DNA of 64,000 nt from a candidate division WWE3 bacterium UBA1379 (lineage in GTDB: Bacteria; Patescibacteriota; WWE3; UBA101185; UBA10185). Numbering within the stretch: position 1 is the stretch's first letter; each line of letters begins with the position of its first letter. The stretch is taken from contig DBRB01000003.1 of assembly GCA_002305475.1 (NCBI GenBank), positions 111,844 through 175,843 on the forward strand, in the 5' to 3' direction. Under the pieces are notes generated by a model, which saw nothing but the letters and a program-made list of their open reading frames with translations, ran no database searches and had not been told where the DNA came from. The translations under genes were made by a program, and so were the position numbers. Shown in pieces: positions 40,469 to 51,964 of the stretch.

Positions 40469-41119
40469 ATGGCTGAAGAACGATATTTCTCTAACAGAAG
40501 TGAAGCCGGTAAGCAATTAGCTTTATATTTATCCAGGTTTAAAGAAGAATCAGTACATGTATTCGCCCTTCCCAAAGGAGGTGTACCCGTTGCCTATGAA
40601 GTAGCTGAAGTACTTCATTGTCCGTTGGATGTATTTATTGCCAGAAAAATCGGATCACCGTTTGATCCTGAATTCGGGATAGGAGCTGTAGCGGAGGGTG
40701 ATGTTCTTATTTTAAATAATGAAGTGATTGAACAGCTGAATATCGATCAGGATGCTATTGATATAGTTGTATCAAATCAGCTTAAGGAAATAGAAAGGCA
40801 GATTAATTTGTATAGAAAAGGAAAAACTCTGCCGGATATTAAGGGAAAGACGGTGATTTTGATTGATGACGGGGTGGCAACCGGTTTGACGGCTCAAGCT
40901 GCATTAACCTCCCTGGATAATATGGAACCAGAAAAGCTAATATTTGCATCTCCTGTTTGTTCCTATTATTCTTCTGAAGGATTAAGTGAGTTTGCCGATG
41001 AACTATACTTTGTATTAAAACCTTTCGATTTAACGGCTGTTGGGGTCTATTATGAGAATTTTGATCAGGTAACTGATGATGAAGTGATAAAATTGCTAAA
41101 ACTCGCACAAATTACCTAG
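40469..41119 (+). CDS. Phosphoribosyltransferase family protein
   Basis: F.NRSEAG, LPKGGVPVA, RKIG.P..PE, VILIDDGVATG, QVTDDEV motifs. Confidence 0.88.
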   Translation: MAEERYFSNRSEAGKQLALYLSRFKEESVHVFALPKGGVPVAYEVAEVLHCPLDVFIARKIGSPFDPEFGIGAVAEGDVLILNNEVIEQLNIDQDAIDIVVSNQLKEIERQINLYRKGKTLPDIKGKTVILIDDGVATGLTAQAALTSLDNMEPEKLIFASPVCSYYSSEGLSEFADELYFVLKPFDLTAVGVYYENFDQVTDDEVIKLLKLAQIT

Positions 41120-41144
41120 TTTGTGGTATATTAATGCCTGTATT

Positions 41145-41747
41145 ATGGGTAGATATACTGGACCTAAAGATAAATTATCCAGACGGGAAGGCAAGGAGCT
41201 TTTCGGAAGAACCAGAGCATCCTTGCTAAGGCGTTTGAGACAGGCTCCCGGTCAGCACGGAACATCAAGAAGCCGTGCATCTGTTTATGGTCGTCAATTA
41301 AGGGAAAAACAGAAAGTTAAAAGAATTTACGGGCTTAGGGAAAAACAGTTTAAAAATCTGTATGAGAAAGCTTTAAAGGCAAAAGATGTACCTACAGGAA
41401 CGGCATTGCTTCAGACACTGGAAATGAGGTTGGATAATGTGGTTTATCGCTTAGGACTTGCTCGAACCAGACCGCAGGCCAGACAGTTTGTGACTCAGGG
41501 TAGAGTTTTAGTTGACGGAAAGAAAGTGGATATTCCTTCATATGAAGTAAAAGAAGGTCAGAAAGTTTCCCTACAACCGGAAGCATTCCAATCCCCTTTT
41601 ATTCAGTCAATACTTGCCAGAGAGATTGTTCTTCCCGCATGGCTTCAAGTCAAGGAAGGTATCGGCTCAGTACTGCGAAAACCCGAACGTGAAGAAATGG
41701 ATCAAGATATTGATGAAAATATGATTGTTGCTTTTTACTCCAGATAA
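41145..41747 (+). CDS. rpsD: 30S ribosomal protein S4 (zinc-free type)
   Basis: MGRYTGP.DKLSRREG, PGQHG, YG.QLREKQK, LE.RLDNVVYRLG, FYSR; start moved to ATG 41145. Confidence 0.96.
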   Translation: MGRYTGPKDKLSRREGKELFGRTRASLLRRLRQAPGQHGTSRSRASVYGRQLREKQKVKRIYGLREKQFKNLYEKALKAKDVPTGTALLQTLEMRLDNVVYRLGLARTRPQARQFVTQGRVLVDGKKVDIPSYEVKEGQKVSLQPEAFQSPFIQSILAREIVLPAWLQVKEGIGSVLRKPEREEMDQDIDENMIVAFYSR

Positions 41748-41939
41748 TTAGCTCAGTGTTGCACTTACGTCTGCCGCAGACTCGAACTCCTCATCATCGG
41801 GAAGATTCTGTTCAAGATAATCTATAACATCAGGTGGTGCACCGTTCTCTTTTGCTGTATCAATAAGAGTCTGTTTATCGCAGGGATATGCTACTCCGCT
41901 TAAATATTTCTGAACCTGGACGGGGTTAATTTCATCCAT
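41748..41939 (-). CDS. DUF2795 family protein
   Basis: NPVQVQKYLSGV.YP..K..LI..A..NGA motif; SD GGAG. Confidence 0.85.
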   Translation of the reverse strand: MDEINPVQVQKYLSGVAYPCDKQTLIDTAKENGAPPDVIDYLEQNLPDDEEFESAADVSATLS

Positions 41940-42115
41940 AGAAATTTCTCCAATTAAATAGACTGTTGTATGGGAAAAAGTTTAAATATGAATAGTTATG
42001 GTGAATTGAATTTGAAGTAAAAGGCTCGTAAATATATGTATAACGGATTTATATATCAGCTCGACAAAAGCAACTTTTTGTCCTGACTGCGGAAATAAGT
42101 TAGAATAAATTATCT

Positions 42116-42709
42116 ATGAAAAGATATCTGCCATTAATTATCGTTTCAGTTATTGTATTCGGGTTAGCTTATATCATCTATACTTTCAATCAACCAAAAA
42201 ATAACACACCAATTCAAGTTCCCGTTGATGATATAAAAAACACTGTAATATTCCCTGTACAGGGAGATATATTGGTGAAAGGATTTCCGTATCATTTGGA
42301 ATGGGAAATAATTGATGCACCTAAGGAGTCTATAGCAATATTTTTGATAGATGCTTCTTTAGAGCAACAAGGTGAATCCGTCAGTATATCCGATCGTGTA
42401 TATGATATTCCTAATATTGGAACTTATGACTATTCAATTCCGACAAATCTTCCTGAGGGAACATACAAGCTGCGTATTGGTAAAATGGATAGTGGATACT
42501 TTAGAGTATTATCATTAAGAGATGCCATTTCGGATTGTATGCCGAAAAGTGATATTAAAAGCAAGACACAATGCGATGAGCTGATCAGTATGATTGATGA
42601 TTATGAGAAATGTACCCAAGCCGGTTTTCCTGTTATAGAATCGTATCCTCAACAGTGCAGAACTCCCGACGGTAGAACATTCACACAGGACATAACTGCA
42701 GATAACTAG
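42116..42709 (+). CDS. Membrane-anchored hypothetical protein with C-terminal Cys motif
   Basis: N-terminal TM; Ig-like middle; C..AG.P.IESYP.QC.TPDG.TF. Confidence 0.65.
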   Translation: MKRYLPLIIVSVIVFGLAYIIYTFNQPKNNTPIQVPVDDIKNTVIFPVQGDILVKGFPYHLEWEIIDAPKESIAIFLIDASLEQQGESVSISDRVYDIPNIGTYDYSIPTNLPEGTYKLRIGKMDSGYFRVLSLRDAISDCMPKSDIKSKTQCDELISMIDDYEKCTQAGFPVIESYPQQCRTPDGRTFTQDITADN

Positions 42710-42711
42710 CT

Positions 42712-45066
42712 CTACATCGCACCCATCTGTGTGCTGAGTTTTGCGAATTCAATAAACAGAAGTGTGAATATTACGGCAATAATTATCGGAGTCATTATTG
42801 ATAGATAATTTCTCTTTCCGGGCTGATAGGCCTTTAGAGTTAGTGAATTTGAAACCACGGATATTGAACTTAAAGCCATGGCAAGTCCTGCAAGTTCAGG
42901 TTTTAATACCAGACCAAAATCCGAAAAGACTCTGGCGGCAATCGGAATACCGATAATATTATAGAAAAGAGCAAAGAACATATTCTGTCTAATTTTTCCT
43001 ACTGTTGCTTTTGATAAATCTATAGCTGTTGAGACATCTCTTAAATCATTTTTGATAATGACAATACCTCCGGTTTCCATCGCTACATCAGTCCCCGAAC
43101 CCATGGCAATACCAAGATCTGCTTGTGCCAGTGCTGGAGCGTCATTGATACCATCACCCACCATTGCCACTTTATATCCCTTTTTCTGGAGCATCTTTAC
43201 TTCGTTGGCTTTCTCTTCAGGTAGAACTTCAGCCAAGACATGATCTATCCCTGCCTGTTTGGCTATAGCATCTGCCGTCTTTTTATTGTCACCCGTGATC
43301 ATATAGACTTTGATACCTAGTTTTTTTAGGTTTTTTATTGCTTCGTATGATGTATCCTTGATAGTATCCGCTACTGCTACCGCACCAAGTAAGGTATCTA
43401 CGGTAGACAGAATCATAGCTGTTTTCCCCTGTTCCTCAAGTTTTGATAGAGGTTCATTAATATCCTGAAGCGATAGCTTAAGCTCTTCAGATATTAATTT
43501 TCTATTTCCCAAATAATATTTCGTATCTCTGATATTTCCTGAAACCCCGTGACCTGGTATTACTTTAAAGGACTCCGTTGCAGGCAGATTTATAGATTTT
43601 GTTTTTGCATGTGAGTAAATAGCTTCCGCGAGAGGGTGTTCGGAATGTTTTTCCAGACCTGCTGCAATACTTAGAATTTCATCTTTTGTGTAATCGGTGA
43701 ATGAAATGACATCAGTAACTTCAGGTTTACCTTTAGTAATGGTGCCGGTTTTATCAAAAATAATTGTGTTTATTTTTAAAGCACTTTCCAATGGTTCCCC
43801 TCCTTTAATGAGGATACCGTTTTCTGCTCCCTTGCCGGTTCCCACCATCAGAGACGTCGGGGTGGCAAGACCCAAAGCACATGGACAGGCAATAACAATT
43901 ACTGAGGTGAAAGCCATTAATGAGTATGATAAGGATGAATTAAAAATGAAGAACCATGCGATAAATGTTAAAGCTGCAATAAATAAAACGCTAGGTACAA
44001 ATACTGCGGATATTTTATCGGCAAACTCCTGGATAGGTGCTTTTGAACCCTGAGCTTCTTCTACCAGTCTTATAATCTGTGCCAGAGTTGTTTCCTGACC
44101 GATTCGGACAGCTTGGTATTCAAAACTTCCCGTTTTATTAATGGTACCTCCGATTACCTGATCACCTTCAAATTTTTCTACAGGAAGACTTTCACCTGTG
44201 ATCATAGATTCATCTACGCCTGAGCTACCTTTGATAATTATTCCATCTACCGGGATTTTTTCACCCGGACGAACCACTATGTTATCCCCTTTTACTACCT
44301 GATCAATCGGGATATCCATTGTTTCTTCTCCCCTGATCACTCTGGCTGTTTTTGCATGAAGCCCCATCAATTTTTTGATTGCATCCGAGGTTCTGCCTTT
44401 TGCTTTAGATTCCAGCCACTTTCCTAGAAGAACGAAAGTAATTAAAAAAGCAGATGTTTCAAAATATATTTCAGTTACTTTTTCGCCTTTTATACCTGCT
44501 ATGGAACCGGTATTTATATAGTGAATAATTAAATTTGCCAGGCTGTAAAAATAGGCTACTGATGTGCCGATGGCTATCAGACTATCCATATTAAACGTCT
44601 TCATCTTCAGAGCGGACCACATTCCTTTATAAAATCCTTTGCCGATTATAAACTGGACGGGAGTAGCAAGAATAAAGGAAATGAATGCAGCATAAGGAAG
44701 GATCTCATTCCGCCCCCAAAGACCGGTGAAGAAATCGTAAAGCATGAAATATAGCATCGGTAAACTTAAGAGTAGTCCAAATAAAAATTTACTTAAGTAC
44801 CCTGCTTCCTGTTTCTTCTTGTTTTGTGTGGTGGTGTCAGTAGTGCCGCCGATTACTGCTTCTTTAGCTTTATATCCGGCGCTTTCTACGGCATTAATCA
44901 AATCCTTTACATCTACTGTTTCTTCTACTACTACTCCTGCTTTTTCGGAAGAGAAATTAACATTGGCAGACTGAACACCACCAACTTTATTCAGTGATTT
45001 TTCAATTAAATTTGCACAGGATGCACAGTGCATACCTTCAATATTAAGATTAACTTTCTTAGACAT
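42712..45066 (-). CDS. copA: Cu(I)-translocating P1B-type ATPase
   Basis: GMHCASC HMA, TGES, CPC, DKTGT, SEHP, GDGIND, YN and MALSS motifs. Confidence 0.93.
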   Translation of the reverse strand: MSKKVNLNIEGMHCASCANLIEKSLNKVGGVQSANVNFSSEKAGVVVEETVDVKDLINAVESAGYKAKEAVIGGTTDTTTQNKKKQEAGYLSKFLFGLLLSLPMLYFMLYDFFTGLWGRNEILPYAAFISFILATPVQFIIGKGFYKGMWSALKMKTFNMDSLIAIGTSVAYFYSLANLIIHYINTGSIAGIKGEKVTEIYFETSAFLITFVLLGKWLESKAKGRTSDAIKKLMGLHAKTARVIRGEETMDIPIDQVVKGDNIVVRPGEKIPVDGIIIKGSSGVDESMITGESLPVEKFEGDQVIGGTINKTGSFEYQAVRIGQETTLAQIIRLVEEAQGSKAPIQEFADKISAVFVPSVLFIAALTFIAWFFIFNSSLSYSLMAFTSVIVIACPCALGLATPTSLMVGTGKGAENGILIKGGEPLESALKINTIIFDKTGTITKGKPEVTDVISFTDYTKDEILSIAAGLEKHSEHPLAEAIYSHAKTKSINLPATESFKVIPGHGVSGNIRDTKYYLGNRKLISEELKLSLQDINEPLSKLEEQGKTAMILSTVDTLLGAVAVADTIKDTSYEAIKNLKKLGIKVYMITGDNKKTADAIAKQAGIDHVLAEVLPEEKANEVKMLQKKGYKVAMVGDGINDAPALAQADLGIAMGSGTDVAMETGGIVIIKNDLRDVSTAIDLSKATVGKIRQNMFFALFYNIIGIPIAARVFSDFGLVLKPELAGLAMALSSISVVSNSLTLKAYQPGKRNYLSIMTPIIIAVIFTLLFIEFAKLSTQMGAM

Positions 45067-45074
45067 CTTATTTT

Positions 45075-46544
45075 TTATTGGACTGTAAGTGTTCCTCTGG
45101 GAACACCCATCGCACAGGTAATTTGATACTTTCCTTTTTTAGTAGGAGTAAATTCCATTACAACCGTTTTTCCTTTTCGGAATACTTCATATTTATTTAC
45201 CAGACCGGGAAGGGCAAGGCTTCCCATGCATCCGTATCCATCATCTTTTGCTTCCACTTCCATACGTACCGGTTTTCCTACCTCGACTGTAAAGGACGCC
45301 GGACGCATATCATCTCTTGCGGTATATACTGCTTTAAGAATTTGAACAACACCTTGATTTTCCGATGCACCGTTAGGATAATTATTGCTGTTAGGCTTTG
45401 CACTGGTGCATAAACTTGTTCCGTATTTCTCTTCATAAGCTTTTGCAACTTCAGGGTCCATATCTGTACTGCAGTTTGTACTTGTACCTTCTGCGGAGGC
45501 GATAGAATTACTTAAATTTACTCCGGTAAGATTAAGTCCGTTTTGAATATTGTAAAAAGAAAACATTATCACTAAAAGACCTACAAACTTAAACAGTGGT
45601 TTGGTAAATGAACCTTTTGACCAGGAAGTCAATCCTCCGATTCCGAGAAGCCCCGGTGTCGTACCTAAAGCAAAGACTGACATTGTAATAGCTCCTGTAA
45701 CTAAACTTCCGCTGGACATGGCAAACAACTGCATGACCTGTGTAAAGCCGCAAGGCAGAAAGAAGGTTAACCCGCCTGCTATCAATGCCCCGCTATGCGA
45801 ATACTCATTATTTCCTTTTTTGCTTATACCCAGTACATTATTTATACTCTTAGGTAATGTAAAACGGATTTTAGATAATATGGGGAATAAACCGATAGTC
45901 TGTATTCCCATCAATAGCATAACAGCTCCTACAAAGACGGTAAGGTAACCCAGCGTAGTTGTGGAAAATTGCAAGGCAGATCCAACAAACCCTAATATCC
46001 CCCCGAATAACGCAAAGAATAATACTCTTCCTAAATTAAAGTATATGTGGGGTATAAATTTTTCAGCAGGTTTTAAGTTTTTATGTTTTTCAGAAAATCT
46101 GGCGGAGACAGCAAGGACAATTCCCCCCACTAATGCCATACAAGTGGATAATCCTGCGGTCAGACCTACTAAAAATACTACCGGGATTTTTGAATAATCA
46201 CTGGATTTTGTAAATGAATAGTCTGCTACACCGGAAGAACGAAATATCAGAAAGAGGAACAGGAGAATGCCTGCTGAATAAAGCAGATGTTTATAATCAA
46301 TAATATCAGTAGAAATCCATTTTACTTCATTTTTTCCGACTGAATAACCGGCAGCGGATACTGCATCATTTATATCCCCGTCACTGATCTCTTTTGCTGA
46401 AAATATTTCTGCAGTCCCCTTCTTTTCACTGATGATTACATTTTTAATTCCCGAAATTTTTTTTAGTTCGTCTTCAATTACAATTTCACATGAACGACAG
46501 TGCATGCCTTTTATGGGTATTGTTTTCCTTATGTTATTGGTCAT
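45075..46544 (-). CDS. HMA + DsbD/TauE-like TM + cupredoxin-like domain protein
   Basis: GMHCRSC; STCMALVGG; FFLPCGF; C-terminal GC...TCAMG; start moved to ATG 46544. Confidence 0.85.
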   Translation of the reverse strand: MTNNIRKTIPIKGMHCRSCEIVIEDELKKISGIKNVIISEKKGTAEIFSAKEISDGDINDAVSAAGYSVGKNEVKWISTDIIDYKHLLYSAGILLFLFLIFRSSGVADYSFTKSSDYSKIPVVFLVGLTAGLSTCMALVGGIVLAVSARFSEKHKNLKPAEKFIPHIYFNLGRVLFFALFGGILGFVGSALQFSTTTLGYLTVFVGAVMLLMGIQTIGLFPILSKIRFTLPKSINNVLGISKKGNNEYSHSGALIAGGLTFFLPCGFTQVMQLFAMSSGSLVTGAITMSVFALGTTPGLLGIGGLTSWSKGSFTKPLFKFVGLLVIMFSFYNIQNGLNLTGVNLSNSIASAEGTSTNCSTDMDPEVAKAYEEKYGTSLCTSAKPNSNNYPNGASENQGVVQILKAVYTARDDMRPASFTVEVGKPVRMEVEAKDDGYGCMGSLALPGLVNKYEVFRKGKTVVMEFTPTKKGKYQITCAMGVPRGTLTVQ

Positions 46545-46578
46545 ATTGTTATGATAGATAACAGATATTAGAAAGTTA

Positions 46579-47889
46579 TTAACGGGCAAGATTGAAAATT
46601 ACTCTGAAAGTACTACCTTTTCGTTTTTCACTATGTACTTCAATTTTACCTTTATGTGCTTTGATAATGGAATATGCAATAGCCAGGCCTAATCCATAAC
46701 CGGTAATTTTTTCGCCTGAATCACTTCTATAAAAACGCGAGAATAAATTTGGAAGATCCTTTTTTTCAATGCCCATGCCGTTATCCGTGATTTCAAAAAT
46801 TGCATGTTTTTCAGTATTTTTTAAATTTATTTTAATTAACCCGCTACCGTCATTGCCGGTGAATTTTACTGCGTTGGATGCCAGATTATAAAAAACCTGA
46901 AGGAGTTTATCCCTTCTTCCAAGTGTTTTAATGCCTTTATTAATATGGCATTCGACTTTAATATTTCTGCTTCCTGCCATATAAGTAATTGTTTCTGCAA
47001 TTTCTTCAGTCAGTTTTGACAGATTAACTTTTTCAAACTGTTTTTCAACGTCTTCCGATTGAGCCCAGGCATAGTCAATCAGACTTCCCAGCCTATTAGT
47101 AAGTCTGTCGGTCTGTTGGATGGTTTGGGACAAAGCTTGTATATATTCATCCGCGTTGCGTTCTTTGGAAAGAGCTACTTCTGCACCTGTTTTAATAACT
47201 GAGAGAGGGGTTTTTACTTCATGGGCAACATCTGCAATGAATTGCCTTTCCCTGATAAAAGAGGTGTGTATTCGTTTTAATAGCTCATTAAAACTTTTAA
47301 TCAGAATTGCGGATTCTGATGAACGGGTATCCATCATAATACCATCATTCATATTTTCTGTACTGATGTCTTTCATTCTTGTAGACAATCTGATGATCGG
47401 ATTTAGAGCACCACCTGCCATAAGATATCCGGCTAATATGGAAGGTATTATTAGGAGCAGTGTTATTAACATAAGGTTGTTTTTTAGCTGATTGAGAGCG
47501 TTTACATAGTTGTCTACCGGATGACCCATAATCAACACGCTGCTAATAACTCCCCCATCAATCAGCGGATATGCAATAATTCTTAGTTCGTCATTTCCCA
47601 GTTTATAATTCCTATACTGTGGTTCTTGTTTATCAAAGACCATAGTAACGATGTCCACAAAATCTCCAGCATCCTGTTTTGTGGCAGTCATAAGCAACAT
47701 ATTAGGGAACTGTTGATGATTAGGATTTTCCGCTATTTCCATGGCATGGGTAAGAAGTGAGCGATCAGTTTCTGATATCAGGTATTTTTTTGTTGATGAA
47801 TAAAAACTTGTAAATAAAACCGCCGACAGGATAAATATGACTAATGAATACCAGAGAGTTATTTGTGTTTTGATACTGATTTTGTTCAT
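46579..47889 (-). CDS. Sensor histidine kinase (HAMP/HisKA/HATPase)
   Basis: FIADVAHEVKTPL, NLASNAVKF, DNGMG, GYGLGL motifs. Confidence 0.93.
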   Translation of the reverse strand: MNKISIKTQITLWYSLVIFILSAVLFTSFYSSTKKYLISETDRSLLTHAMEIAENPNHQQFPNMLLMTATKQDAGDFVDIVTMVFDKQEPQYRNYKLGNDELRIIAYPLIDGGVISSVLIMGHPVDNYVNALNQLKNNLMLITLLLIIPSILAGYLMAGGALNPIIRLSTRMKDISTENMNDGIMMDTRSSESAILIKSFNELLKRIHTSFIRERQFIADVAHEVKTPLSVIKTGAEVALSKERNADEYIQALSQTIQQTDRLTNRLGSLIDYAWAQSEDVEKQFEKVNLSKLTEEIAETITYMAGSRNIKVECHINKGIKTLGRRDKLLQVFYNLASNAVKFTGNDGSGLIKINLKNTEKHAIFEITDNGMGIEKKDLPNLFSRFYRSDSGEKITGYGLGLAIAYSIIKAHKGKIEVHSEKRKGSTFRVIFNLAR

Positions 47890-47893
47890 ATGT

Positions 47894-48583
47894 TTAGGAA
47901 GGATCTTTCATAGAAAAACCGACACCGAATACTGTATGAATTAGTTTATTTGATTTGTCGATCTCTATCTTTTTTCTTAAAGATGCAATGATCACATCAA
48001 TAATGTTACTCATTCCCTCATAACTGTAATCCCATACATGTTCCAGAATCATGGATCTGGTTACAACCTTATTTTTATTTCTTAAAAGGTATTCTAATAC
48101 TGCAAATTCTTTTGGAGTAAGATCTATAACTTTATCTCCTGCTAAAACTTCATGCTTTTGGATATTCATTACTAGATTTCCAATTTTTAATACCGGAAGT
48201 TCTATGTTTTCCTTTCGTCTTAATAAGGCATTTATTCTGGCTTTCAGTTCTTCGAAGGAAAACGGTTTGGTTAAGTAATCATCAGCTCCTGTATTTAGAC
48301 CCAATACTTTATCTTCTGTTTGTGATCTTGCTGTCAGCATTAATATCGGGGTGCGGTTGCCCTGTGACCTGATTTCTTTACAGATAGTCAGACCGTCAAT
48401 TTTAGGAAGAGATAAATCAAGAATAATCAGGTCATACGGTTCATGCTGGGCATAGTATAACCCCTCTTCTCCATCATAAGCAGTGTCTATGGCATATCCC
48501 TGCTCACTAAGGCCTTTTTTTAAGGTACTTACTAAATTTAGTTCATCTTCAATCATTAATATTCTCATAGTATTTGCAGCCAT
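47894..48583 (-). CDS. OmpR/PhoB family response regulator
   Basis: IEDE, LDLSLP, LTAR, GADDYLTKPF, LTPKEF, TVFGVG motifs. Confidence 0.95.
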   Translation of the reverse strand: MAANTMRILMIEDELNLVSTLKKGLSEQGYAIDTAYDGEEGLYYAQHEPYDLIILDLSLPKIDGLTICKEIRSQGNRTPILMLTARSQTEDKVLGLNTGADDYLTKPFSFEELKARINALLRRKENIELPVLKIGNLVMNIQKHEVLAGDKVIDLTPKEFAVLEYLLRNKNKVVTRSMILEHVWDYSYEGMSNIIDVIIASLRKKIEIDKSNKLIHTVFGVGFSMKDPS

Positions 48584-48661
48584 CTATATATATCTCATAA
48601 AATCACCAAAATGTGAAGTGGTATTGTAGAATGATCGGATAATTTCAGGTATACTGATTAT

Positions 48662-48997
48662 ATGAAGCTGATTTTAAGAATCATTGCATCAACAATTGCG
48701 GTTTTTGTAACAGCAAATATTATTCCAGGTGTAAATGTGGAGGATCTAGTTACTGCCCTCATAGTAGCTATTGTTTTAGGTCTTCTGAATACTTTTCTGA
48801 AACCGATTCTGGTGATATTAACTCTTCCTGTAACAATATTTACTCTTGGTTTTTTCTACCTGATAATAAATGCATTGATAGTACTGCTAGCTGCGCAGAT
48901 TGTTCCTGGATTTACGGTAGATTCCATTATTGCCGCGTTACTGTTTAGCTTTGTCAGCGCTGTAATCAACTTTTTCTTAAATGCATTTACTAAATAA
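48662..48997 (+). CDS. Phage holin family 4 / YvlD-like membrane protein
   Basis: LGLLNTFLKPIL.ILTLP.TI.TLG.F.LIINA, VPGF motifs. Confidence 0.85.
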   Translation: MKLILRIIASTIAVFVTANIIPGVNVEDLVTALIVAIVLGLLNTFLKPILVILTLPVTIFTLGFFYLIINALIVLLAAQIVPGFTVDSIIAALLFSFVSAVINFFLNAFTK

Positions 48998-49781
48998 ACC
49001 GGTGAAAATCGTCAGCTGGAATGTTAACGGTATACGGTCTGCCTATTTTTCAGGTCTAGGTGAATATATTAAGTCTTATCAACCCGATATCCTATGTCTG
49101 CAGGAAATAAAAGCCAATGAAAACGATATTCCAGATGAAATCAGAAATCCCGCAGGGTATCGGTCATACTTTAATTCTGCAATAAAAAAAGGATATGCAG
49201 GAACTGCACTTTACTATAAGGACAATATTTCAAAATCTGTGGATATTAAAACGGATATTGGATTTGATGACTTTGATAAATCGGGAAGGATAATTCGAGT
49301 GGATTTTAGGGATTTTACGCTGATTAACGTATACATGCCCCACGGAGGAAGATTTAAAGAAAAGCTTGGATTTAAAATAGAGAGTTATCAGAATCTTTTT
49401 AAATATCTATCAAAAATAAATAGACAAAACGTAATTCTGGTTGGAGATTTTAATATTGCTCACAGCGAGATAGATTTAGCAAGACCAAAACAAAATATAA
49501 ATAACATTATGTTTACTAGGCAAGAAAGAGATATGCTTGATGAATTGATAGGCTTAGGATATACGGATGTATTCAGGAAATATTGTTCTGTACCTGGATA
49601 TTATACCTGGTGGTCGTATGCTCATGATGCAAGAATAAAAAACATTGGCTGGAGAATAGATTATATCTTTGCGTGCGGACAAATATTGAATCAGGTTAAA
49701 TCAATAAATATACTAAAGAGTGTGACTGGATCGGATCACTGTCCTGTGATGTTAGAACTATCTGATGACTACGGTATTTAG
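48981..49781 (+). CDS. xth: Exodeoxyribonuclease III / AP endonuclease
   Basis: SWNVNG, CLQEIK, GDFNIAH, YTWWSY, GWRIDY, SDHCP motifs. Confidence 0.95.
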   Translation: MHLLNKPVKIVSWNVNGIRSAYFSGLGEYIKSYQPDILCLQEIKANENDIPDEIRNPAGYRSYFNSAIKKGYAGTALYYKDNISKSVDIKTDIGFDDFDKSGRIIRVDFRDFTLINVYMPHGGRFKEKLGFKIESYQNLFKYLSKINRQNVILVGDFNIAHSEIDLARPKQNINNIMFTRQERDMLDELIGLGYTDVFRKYCSVPGYYTWWSYAHDARIKNIGWRIDYIFACGQILNQVKSINILKSVTGSDHCPVMLELSDDYGI

Positions 49782-50714
49782 AATGGTATTAAAAATATCC
49801 TGATTCAGTTCTGAATTTACGGAATTATTATCAATATACCCCCCGAATATTATAGTATTGTCCGAAGTGGCGAATATATATCTGTATTCTATAGTACCGT
49901 CCGGAAATTCCCATGGTTTCTGATTCACATACACCATGGCATTTCTTCCGTTTATATTCACATTTGATTTCCTCTCATACATATACCAGTCATCCTGTTG
50001 AGTGTTGTCACTGACGGATCTGATTTGTCCGACAGGTATTCTTGTCAGTTTTTTGTGTATTTCAGAATTGTAGTTATAGATATCGGATGACTGTTCAGGA
50101 TATCCTGTGGGAATTACTGAGATATAAACAAAACTTGTTTTTATGGCTGAAGGAGTTGTTTCCATTGGTCCTGCCATGAAGCTGTTTTTTCCGTTTGTTG
50201 TGATTTCAAATTTTTCGGGAACTGAAAAACTGATGCCTAATGATTCATCCTTATAACTTTTCCATCCCTGTTTGGTTTGTATGTTAATCGGTGTGTTTGC
50301 GTCCTGGACTACTATAGTTCCTTCCATACCCATCTGTCTGTGATTACCAACGCTACAGTAAAAAGTGTATGTCCCGGGTTTTACTGCAAACTCAAACTCC
50401 GTCCCGTCTTCCATTGGTTGCCTGATATCAAGTTCATCAATCACAAAATCATGAAACCCTCCGCTATTGGTAACTCTTACTTTGACTGTGCCGGCATTGA
50501 CAACAATTTGGGCAGGTCTGAAGTAAAAATTACCTGCTTCAAGTTCTATAGTTGTTACATTACTCTGTTCTTCGGATAGTGGGTCAATTGTATTTGATTG
50601 GGGAGAACTAGTGTTGTTTGTGTTATTTGATCTTAAAGAAATTGCATAAATCAGACCGGCAAATAATAATAAGGGAACTAAAATTACAATAAATTTAGTA
50701 TTTTTGATCTGCAT
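49758..50714 (-). CDS. Membrane-anchored cupredoxin (type 1 Cu) fused to a PsbP-like domain
   Basis: HDF..YTFYCSVGNHRQMGM (H-C-H-M ligands); WKSY....GISFSVP C-terminal domain. Confidence 0.75.
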   Translation of the reverse strand: MQIKNTKFIVILVPLLLFAGLIYAISLRSNNTNNTSSPQSNTIDPLSEEQSNVTTIELEAGNFYFRPAQIVVNAGTVKVRVTNSGGFHDFVIDELDIRQPMEDGTEFEFAVKPGTYTFYCSVGNHRQMGMEGTIVVQDANTPINIQTKQGWKSYKDESLGISFSVPEKFEITTNGKNSFMAGPMETTPSAIKTSFVYISVIPTGYPEQSSDIYNYNSEIHKKLTRIPVGQIRSVSDNTQQDDWYMYERKSNVNINGRNAMVYVNQKPWEFPDGTIEYRYIFATSDNTIIFGGYIDNNSVNSELNQDIFNTILNTVVIR

Positions 50715-50819
50715 ATAAACATACTATCAGACATATTTATATGTGTGAATATCATTCATACGAAATATTTACAGTAAATATACGGATATAAAAAGGAGAA
50801 ATAGAATGTGTATTCAGAA

Positions 50820-51527
50820 TTAGTCCTCTGATTCGTCAAGTTTAGTAAATACCACTAGTCGGTCAGTATAATCTTCGAAATGTTCATCAAAAGCACCGGT
50901 ACAGGTAATTAAATTTAGATAAGCTTCATTTGAACTACCGAATATGGTATTGATAGGAAATCCTCTTTCGCTATAGACACTTACTTTATATACCTTAAAA
51001 GTACGGTTATTTCCTAGATTATCCGTAACTATCACCTCATCTCCTGTTCTTAACTCATGAAGTCTGCTGAATATTGCCGGTCCGGTTTTAGTATCAAGAT
51101 GACCTGCAATCACAGAATTGCCATTTTCTCCCGGTAATGCCCCATATTTATACCACCCGGTATTAAAGGGATCTACCGGTACATCCATATTTCCCACCGG
51201 ATCAAGACCCACATGTTCCACCAGTGTATTTACTTTTATTTTGGGTATAGATATCCGTGCAGGAGTACCCGGTTTGTTTTCTGTAATTACATCCTCAATA
51301 TCAGAAAAATCTCTATCATCTCTGATAACTTCTTTTTGCTGATCTTCATTTTGACGATTAGGTGTGATTTGAGGAATATCGGAAATTTTTGTGATAACTG
51401 CCTGATCGTATATCTTTTTGGTCTGCAATGCATCTGAAACCTTTGTATAAATAAATCCGCCTAAAAGGAGATTCAGCACTAATAACAGGGGTATTAGAAT
51501 GTCATTTACTCTTTTGTTTTTTAGCAT
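50820..51527 (-). CDS. Class F sortase
   Basis: N-terminal TM; GWY..G..PGE.GNSVIAGHLD, LNLITCTG, DRLVV (His-Cys-Arg). Confidence 0.9.
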   Translation of the reverse strand: MLKNKRVNDILIPLLLVLNLLLGGFIYTKVSDALQTKKIYDQAVITKISDIPQITPNRQNEDQQKEVIRDDRDFSDIEDVITENKPGTPARISIPKIKVNTLVEHVGLDPVGNMDVPVDPFNTGWYKYGALPGENGNSVIAGHLDTKTGPAIFSRLHELRTGDEVIVTDNLGNNRTFKVYKVSVYSERGFPINTIFGSSNEAYLNLITCTGAFDEHFEDYTDRLVVFTKLDESED

Positions 51528-51670
51528 ATCTTTTACAGGTCTTTGATGGTTTATTTAAAAACCACCGCATTCTACTAATCAGATAGAAGCGGATCAAGCG
51601 ATAATAATTATCTCAAGTTATACAAATATCATAATGTCCGGTTTAAAACATTACATTTTGGTAAAAGGAA

Positions 51671-51695
51671 CTACCTAGGCAACGTACCTAGGTAG
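51671..51695 (-). terminator. Stem-loop between the substrate gene and the sortase
   Basis: Perfect 9-bp inverted repeat ctacctagg / cctaggtag. Confidence 0.6.
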
Positions 51696-51748
51696 CTCGG
51701 TATCTAAGAAATATTATTAATATTAATCATATTCATCAAACTGTTTAA

Positions 51749-51964
51749 TTATTTGTATAATCCGCCCATACCAGTTCTCGGAGCTCCCTCAGGTGTAGGA
51801 GATGGTGTGGGAGTCGGAGAAGGTGTTGGTGTGGCTTCCTGTGCCTGTATGATTTGATTTTCAGTCGTAGTAATTACATAACCGTCATTTGCCAGAGCAA
51901 TTGCCGATCCTGTCAGGCCCATCATCAGTACTGATAATCCTAAGATTATTGATTTTTTAACCAT
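51749..51964 (-). CDS. Small secreted Pro/Thr-rich putative sortase substrate (71 aa)
   Basis: SD GGGGGTGA, ATG 51964; signal peptide; TPTPSPTPTPSPTP; APRTG near the C-terminus. Confidence 0.75.
   Translation of the reverse strand: MVKKSIILGLSVLMMGLTGSAIALANDGYVITTTENQIIQAQEATPTPSPTPTPSPTPEGAPRTGMGGLYK

Noticed and set aside
48662-48997. Prophage suggested by the holin-family gene
   Set aside because: This YvlD-like family is commonly chromosomal; no phage structural, lysin or integrase genes are nearby.
51793-51835. DNA tandem repeat or VNTR in the Pro/Thr linker
   Set aside because: The repeat is at the protein level with diverged codons.
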